From an uncultured bacterium (GTDB taxonomy: Bacteria; Patescibacteriota; JACMRA01), in the NCBI GenBank assembly GCA_963704645.1, contig OY969926.1:928001-992000 (forward strand): a stretch of 64,000 nucleotides of DNA. The letters run 5' to 3'. Positions 28,148 to 36,732 of the stretch are shown here, in pieces. A model generated the notes under the pieces. That model searched no databases, had not been told where the DNA came from, and was given only the letters and a program-made list of their open reading frames with translations. Numbering within the stretch: position 1 is the first letter of the stretch; every line of letters begins with the position of its first letter. The translations under genes and the position numbers were made by a program.

Positions 28148-29887
28148 TTATTTCAATACCCAAATTGAATATCTTCCGCTTACTTGCTCTATTAAATTGT
28201 ATTTTTGGGGAAGGTAGACTAGCAGCTTTTTAGATAAACCTGATTGTGAATCTGTTAGAATTAACTTTGTCTTCTTTTCCACTAATAATTTGTACAAACC
28301 TTCTTCGTTCAAATCTATTAGCGGGTGGTAATCTACAACGTACTTATAGGCATTTAGTCTGTCTGAAACTGGGTAAATTTCTGGCATTGTTGAGGCTATA
28401 AAAATATTGTCGTTTGAATTAGTATATTTTTGAACAATTGGAACTAAAAGCCTAGTTTTATCTACGGTGTTGGCATCAAAACTGCGTTGCCAACTGGCTA
28501 AGCTTTGGTTGCCAGTAATAACTGTATTAAAACCATTTTTGCCCCAATATTGATCTATATTAAAGTAATTTAAAACTCCACTTCCCCCAGTAAAATTTGT
28601 TAAAAGGATTTGGTAAAAAACTAAACTAGCAACAATTGCTGTAAATTTCGAGCTTAAATTAAGGTTTTTCAAAGACCATAAGCTAACAAGCCAAGCCACC
28701 AAAATAGCTGAAATTGGTAATATTTGCTGAAGATAATGAGGATAATTTCGTTCTGCTATTAAGACACTAAAGGTAGCTACACAAAGCCAGTTAATAATTA
28801 TAAATCCATTTTGACCCAAATTAGACTGATTAATATTTTCAGATAGTTTATTATATTCTTTATTAGATTTCAGATCAACTCTTTGAAAAAGCGAGACTGT
28901 GGTTAAAGCTAATACTGAAATTAACAACAAAGCCCTGAAATACAAAGATTTTATAGGTAAAGTAAAACCAAACAATACTGGGTTAGAATTTTCTGGTAAA
29001 TAATACTGGTTGTTATATTGCCAAACTGCAAACCAAAGTTCGGAAAAATAGCCATTTATATAGTATACAAAGGCAATAACAATTGGCAAAAATGCAATTG
29101 AAATTACAAGCAATAAAGCCGAAAACCATACACGCTTTATTTTCAAAAATTCAACAATGCGTTCGTACCAATTAAGACTTGGCCATTCTCTTCTAAATTT
29201 ATATAATAAAACCAAGTAAATTAAAGCAATTAACCAACCAATTTCAGCCAAAGCGGGAATTTTAGTTAAAATAGCAAGACTCCAAACAAAACCGCCAAGA
29301 ATTATTAAACGAAATTCCTTAAGCAATATTAGAAAATTATTCCACTTAGTATTCCCAATTTCTTCCAGCATTTCTTGAGCTGATATTCCAAAAAAGTTAA
29401 AATCAAAATTCAAAGCTAGTAAATTTTTAGCAACCAAATAAAAACCGAGTAGAACTAGCGGAACAAACAAGTTCTCGGCGTTAAATATTGTTACTTCAAA
29501 ATAAATAGATTGCAGAAAAATGCTAACGAAAAATGCCGAAACCGAAGCCTTTTTAGAAAAATTAAATATTTCCAAGCAAATTTTATACACCAAATAGCAA
29601 ACCAAAAACCCTAATAAAAAGTTAAAAACCCGCAGTGGCCACAGTTCTATTCCAAATAGCCAAACCGAAAAAGCGTAAACATAATACAAAATTGGCGGTT
29701 TATTATCCCAGGCTCCAACGTAAAGCCACTGGCCACCTTTCACCATGCTTTGGGCAACTGCTAAATAATAGTTTTCATCTCCGTACCAAAAAGTTTCGAA
29801 AAAGGAAGGTAGTCTAAAAAACAAAAGTGTAAAAAAACCAACAATTAAGAGTTTAGATTGCCTAGTAAAGTTCTTAAAAAAGTTCAT
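28148..29887 (-). CDS. GT-C (GT39/PMT-like) membrane glycosyltransferase
   Basis: WYGDENYY...LYVGAWDNKPP, NAENLF, YPHYLQQ; many TM segments. Confidence 0.85.
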   Translation of the reverse strand: MNFFKNFTRQSKLLIVGFFTLLFFRLPSFFETFWYGDENYYLAVAQSMVKGGQWLYVGAWDNKPPILYYVYAFSVWLFGIELWPLRVFNFLLGFLVCYLVYKICLEIFNFSKKASVSAFFVSIFLQSIYFEVTIFNAENLFVPLVLLGFYLVAKNLLALNFDFNFFGISAQEMLEEIGNTKWNNFLILLKEFRLIILGGFVWSLAILTKIPALAEIGWLIALIYLVLLYKFRREWPSLNWYERIVEFLKIKRVWFSALLLVISIAFLPIVIAFVYYINGYFSELWFAVWQYNNQYYLPENSNPVLFGFTLPIKSLYFRALLLISVLALTTVSLFQRVDLKSNKEYNKLSENINQSNLGQNGFIIINWLCVATFSVLIAERNYPHYLQQILPISAILVAWLVSLWSLKNLNLSSKFTAIVASLVFYQILLTNFTGGSGVLNYFNIDQYWGKNGFNTVITGNQSLASWQRSFDANTVDKTRLLVPIVQKYTNSNDNIFIASTMPEIYPVSDRLNAYKYVVDYHPLIDLNEEGLYKLLVEKKTKLILTDSQSGLSKKLLVYLPQKYNLIEQVSGRYSIWVLK

Positions 29888-30050
29888 AACTGCAGTGTTT
29901 AAACAAATCCTCTTTCCGTCAATTACTAGTTATACTTTAGGGTGATCAAGACTTGCGATTTTTCACTCCAATTTCACCAAAAAAATGCCACCCTATTGGA
30001 TGGACTTTTGGAGAATTTAATAACTTTTGGATAATTTTATAAATACAATG

Positions 30051-30302
30051 TTACCGTGGATGTTTTCTTCTTTCAGGCCTTGTAAAGGCTTGATTGTAAT
30101 TCGGTTGCTCGGCTGGCTGCTCCTCTTGATGTCTATAATTATACATTTCCCCTGTTTGTGCATGATATACTAAACCGCATATTCTACATTGTAAAGTTCC
30201 ATGAGCTTCAGAATTTACACATGAATCGCATTGATTTGAAATAGGATTTTTGTTACAACAATTCGCCGGATTAATTTCTAAAATAGATTCGTTAATTTGC
30301 AT
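30051..30302 (-). CDS. Small Cys-rich hypothetical protein (ORFan cassette)
   Basis: CC...CDSC...CRICG; GAGG upstream; TTGACG promoter and downstream hairpin. Confidence 0.55.
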   Translation of the reverse strand: MQINESILEINPANCCNKNPISNQCDSCVNSEAHGTLQCRICGLVYHAQTGEMYNYRHQEEQPAEQPNYNQAFTRPERRKHPR

Positions 30303-30431
30303 ATAGAAACCTCTTAAAATTAAAATATGTAATTTGCAATTACGCTTTATAAAACTAGTTTATTTTTCAGGCTCGTCAAATATTATACCTATTTTTGACA
30401 AAACATTCCTAATTTCAGAAGACTTGTTGTT

Positions 30432-31160
30432 ATGAACAAGTACGTGTTAGGCATTGTAATTCCTACATACAAAGAAAGTGAGAATATCTCTGATTTGCTT
30501 AATAAAATTGCTGAAGAAGTAAAAAAAGAACAAATTTCAACCTTGGTTTTGGTTATGGACGATAATTCTCCTGACGGAACTGCAGATTTAGCAAAAGAAA
30601 GAGCCGCCAATCTTAATTCTGAAGGCTTTACTATCGAAGTAAAAGTAAGACCTGGCAAAATGGGTTTGGGTTCTGCCTACATTCAAGGGTTTGAGCATAT
30701 TATGGACAGGGTGGATTTTTTGCAGGAAATGGACGCAGATTTTTCGCATAACCCTAAATATTTAAAAGATTTAGTTCATCAAGCTAAGTCTGGTTATGAC
30801 TACGTTATTGGTTCACGCAACATTAAAGGTGGAAGTGTAGTTGGCTGGGGACCTGTTAGAAACATGGTTAGCAAATTTGGGTCATTGTATTCTAAGCTTA
30901 TTTTAGGAGTGAACATTAACGATTTTACTGGCGGTTTTAATTTATACAAAGCAGAAGTGTTTCAAAAGCTAGATTTAAAAAGTATTAAAGCAGAAGGTTA
31001 TTTATTCCAAATTGAAATGAAGTACAGAGCGGCTAAACTTGGCTTTAAATTTACCGAAATTCCAATTATTTTTACAGACAGGGAAAAAGGCAAAAGCAAA
31101 TTCAACAAAAAAATTGTTTTAGAAGCCTTGCTTGGTGTAATTAGATTAAGACTAAGCTAA
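30432..31160 (+). CDS. Polyprenol monophosphosugar synthase (GT2, Dpm1/Ppm1-like)
   Basis: VIPTYKE, DDNSPDGT, GLGSAY, MDADFSH, DFTGGF, REKGKSK. Confidence 0.95.
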   Translation: MNKYVLGIVIPTYKESENISDLLNKIAEEVKKEQISTLVLVMDDNSPDGTADLAKERAANLNSEGFTIEVKVRPGKMGLGSAYIQGFEHIMDRVDFLQEMDADFSHNPKYLKDLVHQAKSGYDYVIGSRNIKGGSVVGWGPVRNMVSKFGSLYSKLILGVNINDFTGGFNLYKAEVFQKLDLKSIKAEGYLFQIEMKYRAAKLGFKFTEIPIIFTDREKGKSKFNKKIVLEALLGVIRLRLS

Positions 31161-31161
31161 T

Positions 31162-31632
31162 ATGCTTTCCACCGAGATTTACCGATTGTTTATTTTTACA
31201 GTTTTAGCAGGAGTTAGAACACTTTTAGAACTAATTTTGTGGAAAGGTCTGGTTTTAGGATTAGAAAAATCTGAAAAAATTCAAGGCTGGCTTAAAATTA
31301 TTAAGCTTAATATTTACGCATTTTCCCATTGTATTTCTTTTATTGCCTCGGTTTTAGCTAGTTATTATTTAAATAGATACGTAACTTTTTCAGATACCAA
31401 CCAGCTAACTAATCCACAGGTAGTTTCTAAATTTATTGCTGTAAGTTTAGTCACTTTAATTCTCTCTGTTTGGCTTATTAACTTCCTTACTTCAAATAAA
31501 CGAATTTTAAATGAAGTGAAAAAGTACAAATTAGTAAACAAACATTGGCCGCTACTGGCTAAAATTGGAACAATTGGCGTAACCATGCTTATTAATTACT
31601 TCGGTTACAGGTGGTTTGTATTTCTAGTTTAA
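31162..31632 (+). CDS. GtrA-family flippase-like protein
   Basis: Four TM segments; SYYLNRYVTF; INYFGYRWFVF; adjoins the GT2 gene. Confidence 0.85.
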   Translation: MLSTEIYRLFIFTVLAGVRTLLELILWKGLVLGLEKSEKIQGWLKIIKLNIYAFSHCISFIASVLASYYLNRYVTFSDTNQLTNPQVVSKFIAVSLVTLILSVWLINFLTSNKRILNEVKKYKLVNKHWPLLAKIGTIGVTMLINYFGYRWFVFLV

Positions 31633-31724
31633 ATTACCACTTCTCCTTTTAATAATGCTATTTGTCCAACATTTGGATTAAGAAATTTGTTTACAATTGA
31701 AGTTGTTTTAGGCTTGTTTCAATA

Positions 31725-32396
31725 ATGAACTGCATTCTTATTAAAAACGTTAGTAAAAATTACAGATACCCATTAAAAAGTTTTGGTGCTAAAGGTACAG
31801 TCAAACAAGTTAAAGCCTTGATAAACTTTAATTTAGAAATTAAAACGCCAAAAATTGTTGGCATTGTGGGCAAGAAAAATTGCGGGAAAACTACATTGTT
31901 TAAAATATGTACAGGCTCAACAAATGCCAGTTCAGGTGAAGTTAAAATACTTGGATATAAACCCAATGCAAAAGATGCTGAATTTTTACACGAAATTGGT
32001 GTAGCCAGCGTCCAGAAAATAAGTTCTAACATAAGCCTGAGCGTGGAGGATAGTTTGCTACTTTCTGGCTATTTGTATAATATGTCGGTTCAAGAAACCA
32101 AACACAAAATAGATCAGCTACTTAAAAAGTTTAAATTTCAGAGCTTACTAAAAACCTCGGTTAACCAATTATCTAGTGTAGAAAAAATTAAATTCGAGTT
32201 AATATCTATTTTAATTCATTCACCCAAAATTATTTTTGTAGACAATTTAATAGACGAACTTAACAATTCTGCCTTACAGGAAATACAAAATATTTTAAAA
32301 CAACATTTTAATGAAGAAAAAATTTGCATGCTTTTCACCAGCGCCAATATTGAGAACTTAAAAGACTTCTGCCAAGAAATTGTTGAACTTTCATAG
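31725..32396 (+). CDS. ABC-type ATP-binding protein, degenerate
   Basis: Walker A GKKNCGKTT is intact, but signature is LSSVE, Walker B is IIFVDN and H-loop is TSAN. Confidence 0.8.
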   Translation: MNCILIKNVSKNYRYPLKSFGAKGTVKQVKALINFNLEIKTPKIVGIVGKKNCGKTTLFKICTGSTNASSGEVKILGYKPNAKDAEFLHEIGVASVQKISSNISLSVEDSLLLSGYLYNMSVQETKHKIDQLLKKFKFQSLLKTSVNQLSSVEKIKFELISILIHSPKIIFVDNLIDELNNSALQEIQNILKQHFNEEKICMLFTSANIENLKDFCQEIVELS

Positions 32397-32558
32397 AAGT
32401 ATATGAGTTTAAGAACAAGATGAAGTCTTAGCATTGATGTAAACCTATTTCATAACATTAACCGAGCTTAAATACTCAAAATAAGCTCAAAATTGTACAA
32501 GAAATCTACTACATTTTTTAAGATTGACTTTTTATTAAGTCTAGAATTAGCTTATAAC

Positions 32559-33572
32559 ATGAGCATAAACTATGTTGATTACCGATCTTTTTTAATGGCC
32601 AATGTTGATACAATATTACAAACTGCCTCTAGCTTAAGACAGGTTTCTTCTATAGAAAGTGAAGATTTATTTGGAGCGGAAAGCAACGATGCAGGAGCTC
32701 AAATTAAATGGCAAGAAGATGTTAAAAATCTATCCATTTTTGAAGTTTTGTTGAAGGAAAAAGATAGCCTTGGCTTGTTTGTTTCTGGTAACCCGCTTAA
32801 TGAATATTTTCCTATTCAAGAATGGGCCAGAGAAACAGCTGGAAGAGACGATATTTTTTTAGTTCTGGTTACTAAAGTTCGCAAAATTTTTACTAAAGCC
32901 GGTCAAATGATGTTAACTTTGCAAATAACTTTAAACACAGGCGAAATTGAAGGAGTTATTTTCCCTAAAAGAGCTATGGATTTATCACCAAAACTGGTGG
33001 AGGCGGAAATGTTTTGGGTTCGGGGTAAAATTAGCATGCCTAAAAAGAGAGAAACAAAACCAGAAGTTGTTGTTACTGCACCCGAAGAAGTAGAACAAAC
33101 TGATAGCGATAATACTGATAATACAGACGAGGTTATGCCAACAGAAACGGTTGTAGATATAGTAAAAGAGTACGACGAATTACCGAAACTTTTAATTGAT
33201 AATTTGGCTATTTTTGAAGAAGGTCCGCTGTCAGTTTTGCTGAATGAAGATATAAGAGTATCTGTTAATAGAGAAAAGGCTTTAAAATCAAAGAATTGGG
33301 CTGAATTAAAACAAAATCCTGACAGTTTATTTTCCACAGAAGAAGTTAAGCAAATTCCCGCTGAAAAAGAATTGACTAGCCCTAACACTATTAAAGTTAT
33401 TAAAATTACCAAGCAAATGGGAGCTGAGGTTTTAACCCAAATAAAGAAGAACTTGAAAACCGAAGCTGGGCCAAATTTAACTGAAGTAGAATTGTGGGTA
33501 GAAAATCAAGGTGAATTGAAAAAGGTAAAAGGAAATTTCTGGCTACCAAAAACTGAAGCCGACAAGTTTTAA
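32559..33572 (+). CDS. dnaE: DNA polymerase III alpha C-terminal fragment (clamp-binding region plus OB fold), stand-alone
   Basis: EDLFG; LLKEKDSLGLFVSGNPL; VRKIFTKAGQMM...GEIEGVIFPK...VRGKI. No PHP or palm domain. TTGACT-18-TAGCTT-5-ATG. Confidence 0.85.
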   Translation: MSINYVDYRSFLMANVDTILQTASSLRQVSSIESEDLFGAESNDAGAQIKWQEDVKNLSIFEVLLKEKDSLGLFVSGNPLNEYFPIQEWARETAGRDDIFLVLVTKVRKIFTKAGQMMLTLQITLNTGEIEGVIFPKRAMDLSPKLVEAEMFWVRGKISMPKKRETKPEVVVTAPEEVEQTDSDNTDNTDEVMPTETVVDIVKEYDELPKLLIDNLAIFEEGPLSVLLNEDIRVSVNREKALKSKNWAELKQNPDSLFSTEEVKQIPAEKELTSPNTIKVIKITKQMGAEVLTQIKKNLKTEAGPNLTEVELWVENQGELKKVKGNFWLPKTEADKF

Positions 33573-33772
33573 ATTGCCGGTTTGATAAAATTGTCAGGCA
33601 GCTATAATTTATTTCTTGGATTAGCTCAATAGCGGCCGTTTTTTAATTTGTCTGAGAAATAATAATAGAATTGATACGTTTTAGGTCTTCGTCCACCTAT
33701 ACCCTGAAACAAGTTCAGGGTGAAAGTTTATATAGTTTAATCTTTATGTATCGAAAATGTAAGTGACTCCTG

Positions 33773-34591
33773 CTACTTCAAAACAATAGAATTTTTATCC
33801 AAATAGTTTACAGACCAACGTAAATCTAGAAACCTAGCTTCTCTGTCTCTTGGTTTTGGGTAATCTAACTCTATAATTCTTTCAGACCTAGCTTCAAAGC
33901 CGCTGAAGTTATACACCCCTACCCCTACCACACTTTGCCTTGAATCACGAATTAAAAATAAAACATCTACTTTTTCAATGTTGAATTCTGTGTTATTCTT
34001 AAAGATAGCCGAAATTTTAAGCGAATTTTGATCTTTTCCAGGTAAAATCTGATCATTCCTAATTTGAATATCTGGAGTTTTCTGGTTATTGTTGGCGTTA
34101 GGATTATAAAATACTCTCTGGGTTTGAGGTTCTTCAATAATACTTAAAGTGGTTGCTGTAGGATCGGCCGAATTTAAAGTTAAATACTTAACCTCTTCAG
34201 GCAATAAATAACTGGTAAATCTTTGCTGATCTAACAATGTACCATCTTTACTTGTAACTTGCAAAGTGTATACCCACGGAAAATAACCAACTGTAGAATT
34301 TAACTTGTTGCTAACAGAAATATATAAAGCAGTTTCTCCAGAAGCCAAAGGTACTAGTTGAGTTGTGCTAACTTCGTACTTATTTTCTTTTAAATCTTTA
34401 GGAATAACTGCGTTGCTGGAATCGAACCAAGTTTGTCTGAATAAGCCAGCAGCAGCTTGACCACCAAAATAAACTGGAGCCAATAAAATAAGGCAAACAC
34501 CAGTAAAAATTAAAACTCCACGTCTTACTCCACCCTGAAAAGCTAGAGATAAATTCTCTATTCTATATTGGAAGCTATCTAGTTGGCTCAT
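33773..34591 (-). CDS. Conserved-looking membrane-anchored hypothetical protein with two beta-rich domains
   Basis: N-terminal TM, then YLLPEEVKYL and FKNNTEFNIEKVDVLFLIRD segments. Confidence 0.7.
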   Translation of the reverse strand: MSQLDSFQYRIENLSLAFQGGVRRGVLIFTGVCLILLAPVYFGGQAAAGLFRQTWFDSSNAVIPKDLKENKYEVSTTQLVPLASGETALYISVSNKLNSTVGYFPWVYTLQVTSKDGTLLDQQRFTSYLLPEEVKYLTLNSADPTATTLSIIEEPQTQRVFYNPNANNNQKTPDIQIRNDQILPGKDQNSLKISAIFKNNTEFNIEKVDVLFLIRDSRQSVVGVGVYNFSGFEARSERIIELDYPKPRDREARFLDLRWSVNYLDKNSIVLK

Positions 34592-34643
34592 ATTTAAAAT
34601 GTGATTGCAATTATTGTATTTACTTGTTGTTTCTGAAAATTAA

Positions 34644-36299
34644 TTAGCTTAAATAGCCCTTAATTAAGTACTCGTTCAACATACGATTACTGTTGAAATG
34701 GCTTCCGTTAATGGCAATGCAATTTCTTTGAATTTTCAACCAATCTTCAAAATTATTTTTATATAAAGGAATGATTATGTTTTCAAGTTTATTATACAAA
34801 TCGGCTAACTGAGCATCTGCCATTTTGCTTGGGTCCATTTCATTTTCGCCTAAAGCCCAACCAGTTACGCCTTCACTCCAGCCTTCTACCCACCATCCAT
34901 CCATAGTAGAAAGGTTTGGCACACCGTTCAAAGATGCTTTCATACCACTTGTTCCAGATGCTTCCAACGGTACTATTGGGTTATTTAACCAAATATCTAC
35001 ACCAGAAGTCATTAAATGACCAACTTCCATGCTATAATCTTGCAAATACACAATCTTTAAAAACTTATTTTCTCTTTTAGATAAATTATAAATTTGTTTA
35101 ATCATTTCCTCTCCGTCTGGTTCATTTGGGTACGCTTTTCCAGAAAAAACTATTTGCAATCCGCCCATTTTTTCGGCAATTTGTAAAAGTCTGTCGTAGT
35201 TAGTAAAAATAAAATTAGCTCTTTTATAACCAACCATTCTTCTGGCAAAACCTATTGTGAAAATTTTTGGATCTAGTAAAATATTTTGTTTGAAATAAAT
35301 ATATTGAAATAAATTTTGTTTGGAAGTTTCATGAGCCCAAGCAATTTCACTAGCCGAAATAACCGCACACAATTTTAGGTTTTCTGGTGATTCCTGCCAG
35401 TTCAAAACATATCTAGAAAATAGCTCGGCAAAAGGCTTAGAAACCCAAGTGTTAACATGAACACCATTGGTAATAGAATCAATTTTGTATTCAGGATACA
35501 TTTCACTTGTAACCAAATTGTGCCTTTTAGAAACACCGTTGCTAAACTTAGACGAAAACAAGGCCAGACTGGTCATGTTCATTCCATCAGATAGCCATAA
35601 GTGATCTGGTAAATATGCGTAAAAATCGCCAAGGGTTTGTTGTAAAACTTCTTTTGGATAATGTGTATGTGCAGTTGCTAAAGGTGTATGTGTGGTAAAA
35701 ACTAAACGTTTCTTTACTTCTTCCCAAGAGCCAAGCGTTCTTTTTAATTCAAGACAGGCGAAAATTGAATGACTTTCGTTACAATGATAATTCTGAATAT
35801 TTTTATGACCTAGCAATTCTAAAATTTGTACGCCGCCAATACCTAATATCATTTCCTGAGAAATTCTAACTTCTTTGTCTGCAGGGTAAACAATGTCAGA
35901 AACTTTTCTCATTTTCTCTGAATTTTCGGGCAAATCTGTGTCTAGAAAGTAAATTGGAACAGAATGTCCAGAATGACCAATAACTTCATATTTCCAAACT
36001 TTTACTTTAACATTTTCACCTGCAACTACAAGGGAATAGTTTAAATCTAGCGGAATTAGGTATTGCTCATAATTCCATAAATCTTCCAGCTCCTCTTGAA
36101 CACCGTCGTTTTTTATTTCCTGCTTGAACCAACCTTTCTTGTATAAAATTGAAACCCCAAACATATTCAAACCCAAATCTGCGGCCGATTTTACAGTGTC
36201 TCCAGCTAAAATACCCAAGCCCCCACAATAAGTTTTCATTTCAGGTTTTAATCCGAATTCTAGGCATAAATAAGCAACGCTGGTAGAAAGTACTGACAT
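34644..36299 (-). CDS. glgP: Alpha-glucan family phosphorylase
   Basis: YCGGLGILAGD, LGIGG, HCNESH, FTTHTP, ITNGVH, GFARR, EASGTSGMKA, DGWW. Confidence 0.95.
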   Translation of the reverse strand: MSVLSTSVAYLCLEFGLKPEMKTYCGGLGILAGDTVKSAADLGLNMFGVSILYKKGWFKQEIKNDGVQEELEDLWNYEQYLIPLDLNYSLVVAGENVKVKVWKYEVIGHSGHSVPIYFLDTDLPENSEKMRKVSDIVYPADKEVRISQEMILGIGGVQILELLGHKNIQNYHCNESHSIFACLELKRTLGSWEEVKKRLVFTTHTPLATAHTHYPKEVLQQTLGDFYAYLPDHLWLSDGMNMTSLALFSSKFSNGVSKRHNLVTSEMYPEYKIDSITNGVHVNTWVSKPFAELFSRYVLNWQESPENLKLCAVISASEIAWAHETSKQNLFQYIYFKQNILLDPKIFTIGFARRMVGYKRANFIFTNYDRLLQIAEKMGGLQIVFSGKAYPNEPDGEEMIKQIYNLSKRENKFLKIVYLQDYSMEVGHLMTSGVDIWLNNPIVPLEASGTSGMKASLNGVPNLSTMDGWWVEGWSEGVTGWALGENEMDPSKMADAQLADLYNKLENIIIPLYKNNFEDWLKIQRNCIAINGSHFNSNRMLNEYLIKGYLS

Positions 36300-36476
36300 A
36301 ATTTTGTTTTATATTTAAATTTAATTTTTGGTATTTTTATTTTGCCTCATTGGCAAGTTTTTGTCCATAATGCCTGATTGTTTTAAAAATAAGGTCTAAG
36401 TAATTTAATGAGCTAAATCTTCGTCCTTAACCAATTGCAACATATGTGGCTCTGCATCAGTTACGACAAGACGTTT

Positions 36477-36633
36477 AAACAAACTGATAAGATATTTTCA
36501 AAATGAGGAGCAATCCAAAAACAGAACTCCCAATAATGGGAGTTAAGCTTAGTTAGAGTGTGATATAATTCTAGTAAATTTGTGTTGATGTACCACAGGT
36601 AAGGGGTCAAGCCAAAGGCTTGGGGGTAGTTTG
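36477..36633 (-). repeat. About 155-bp conserved non-coding module downstream of surface-protein gene (copy A)
   Basis: Aligns by eye with 43658-43814; contains AAGGGGTCAAGCCRAAGGCTTGGGGG and the terminator hairpin AACTCCCA-TTAT-TGGGAGTT. Confidence 0.75.
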
Positions 36634-36732
36634 TGCGCGGAGGATAATCAATTACTTAATAACGCGCTATAATAGACTATAGATGATTAGCTAGAACATT
36701 CGCACACTATCTCCAACGTGATCTACTACATA

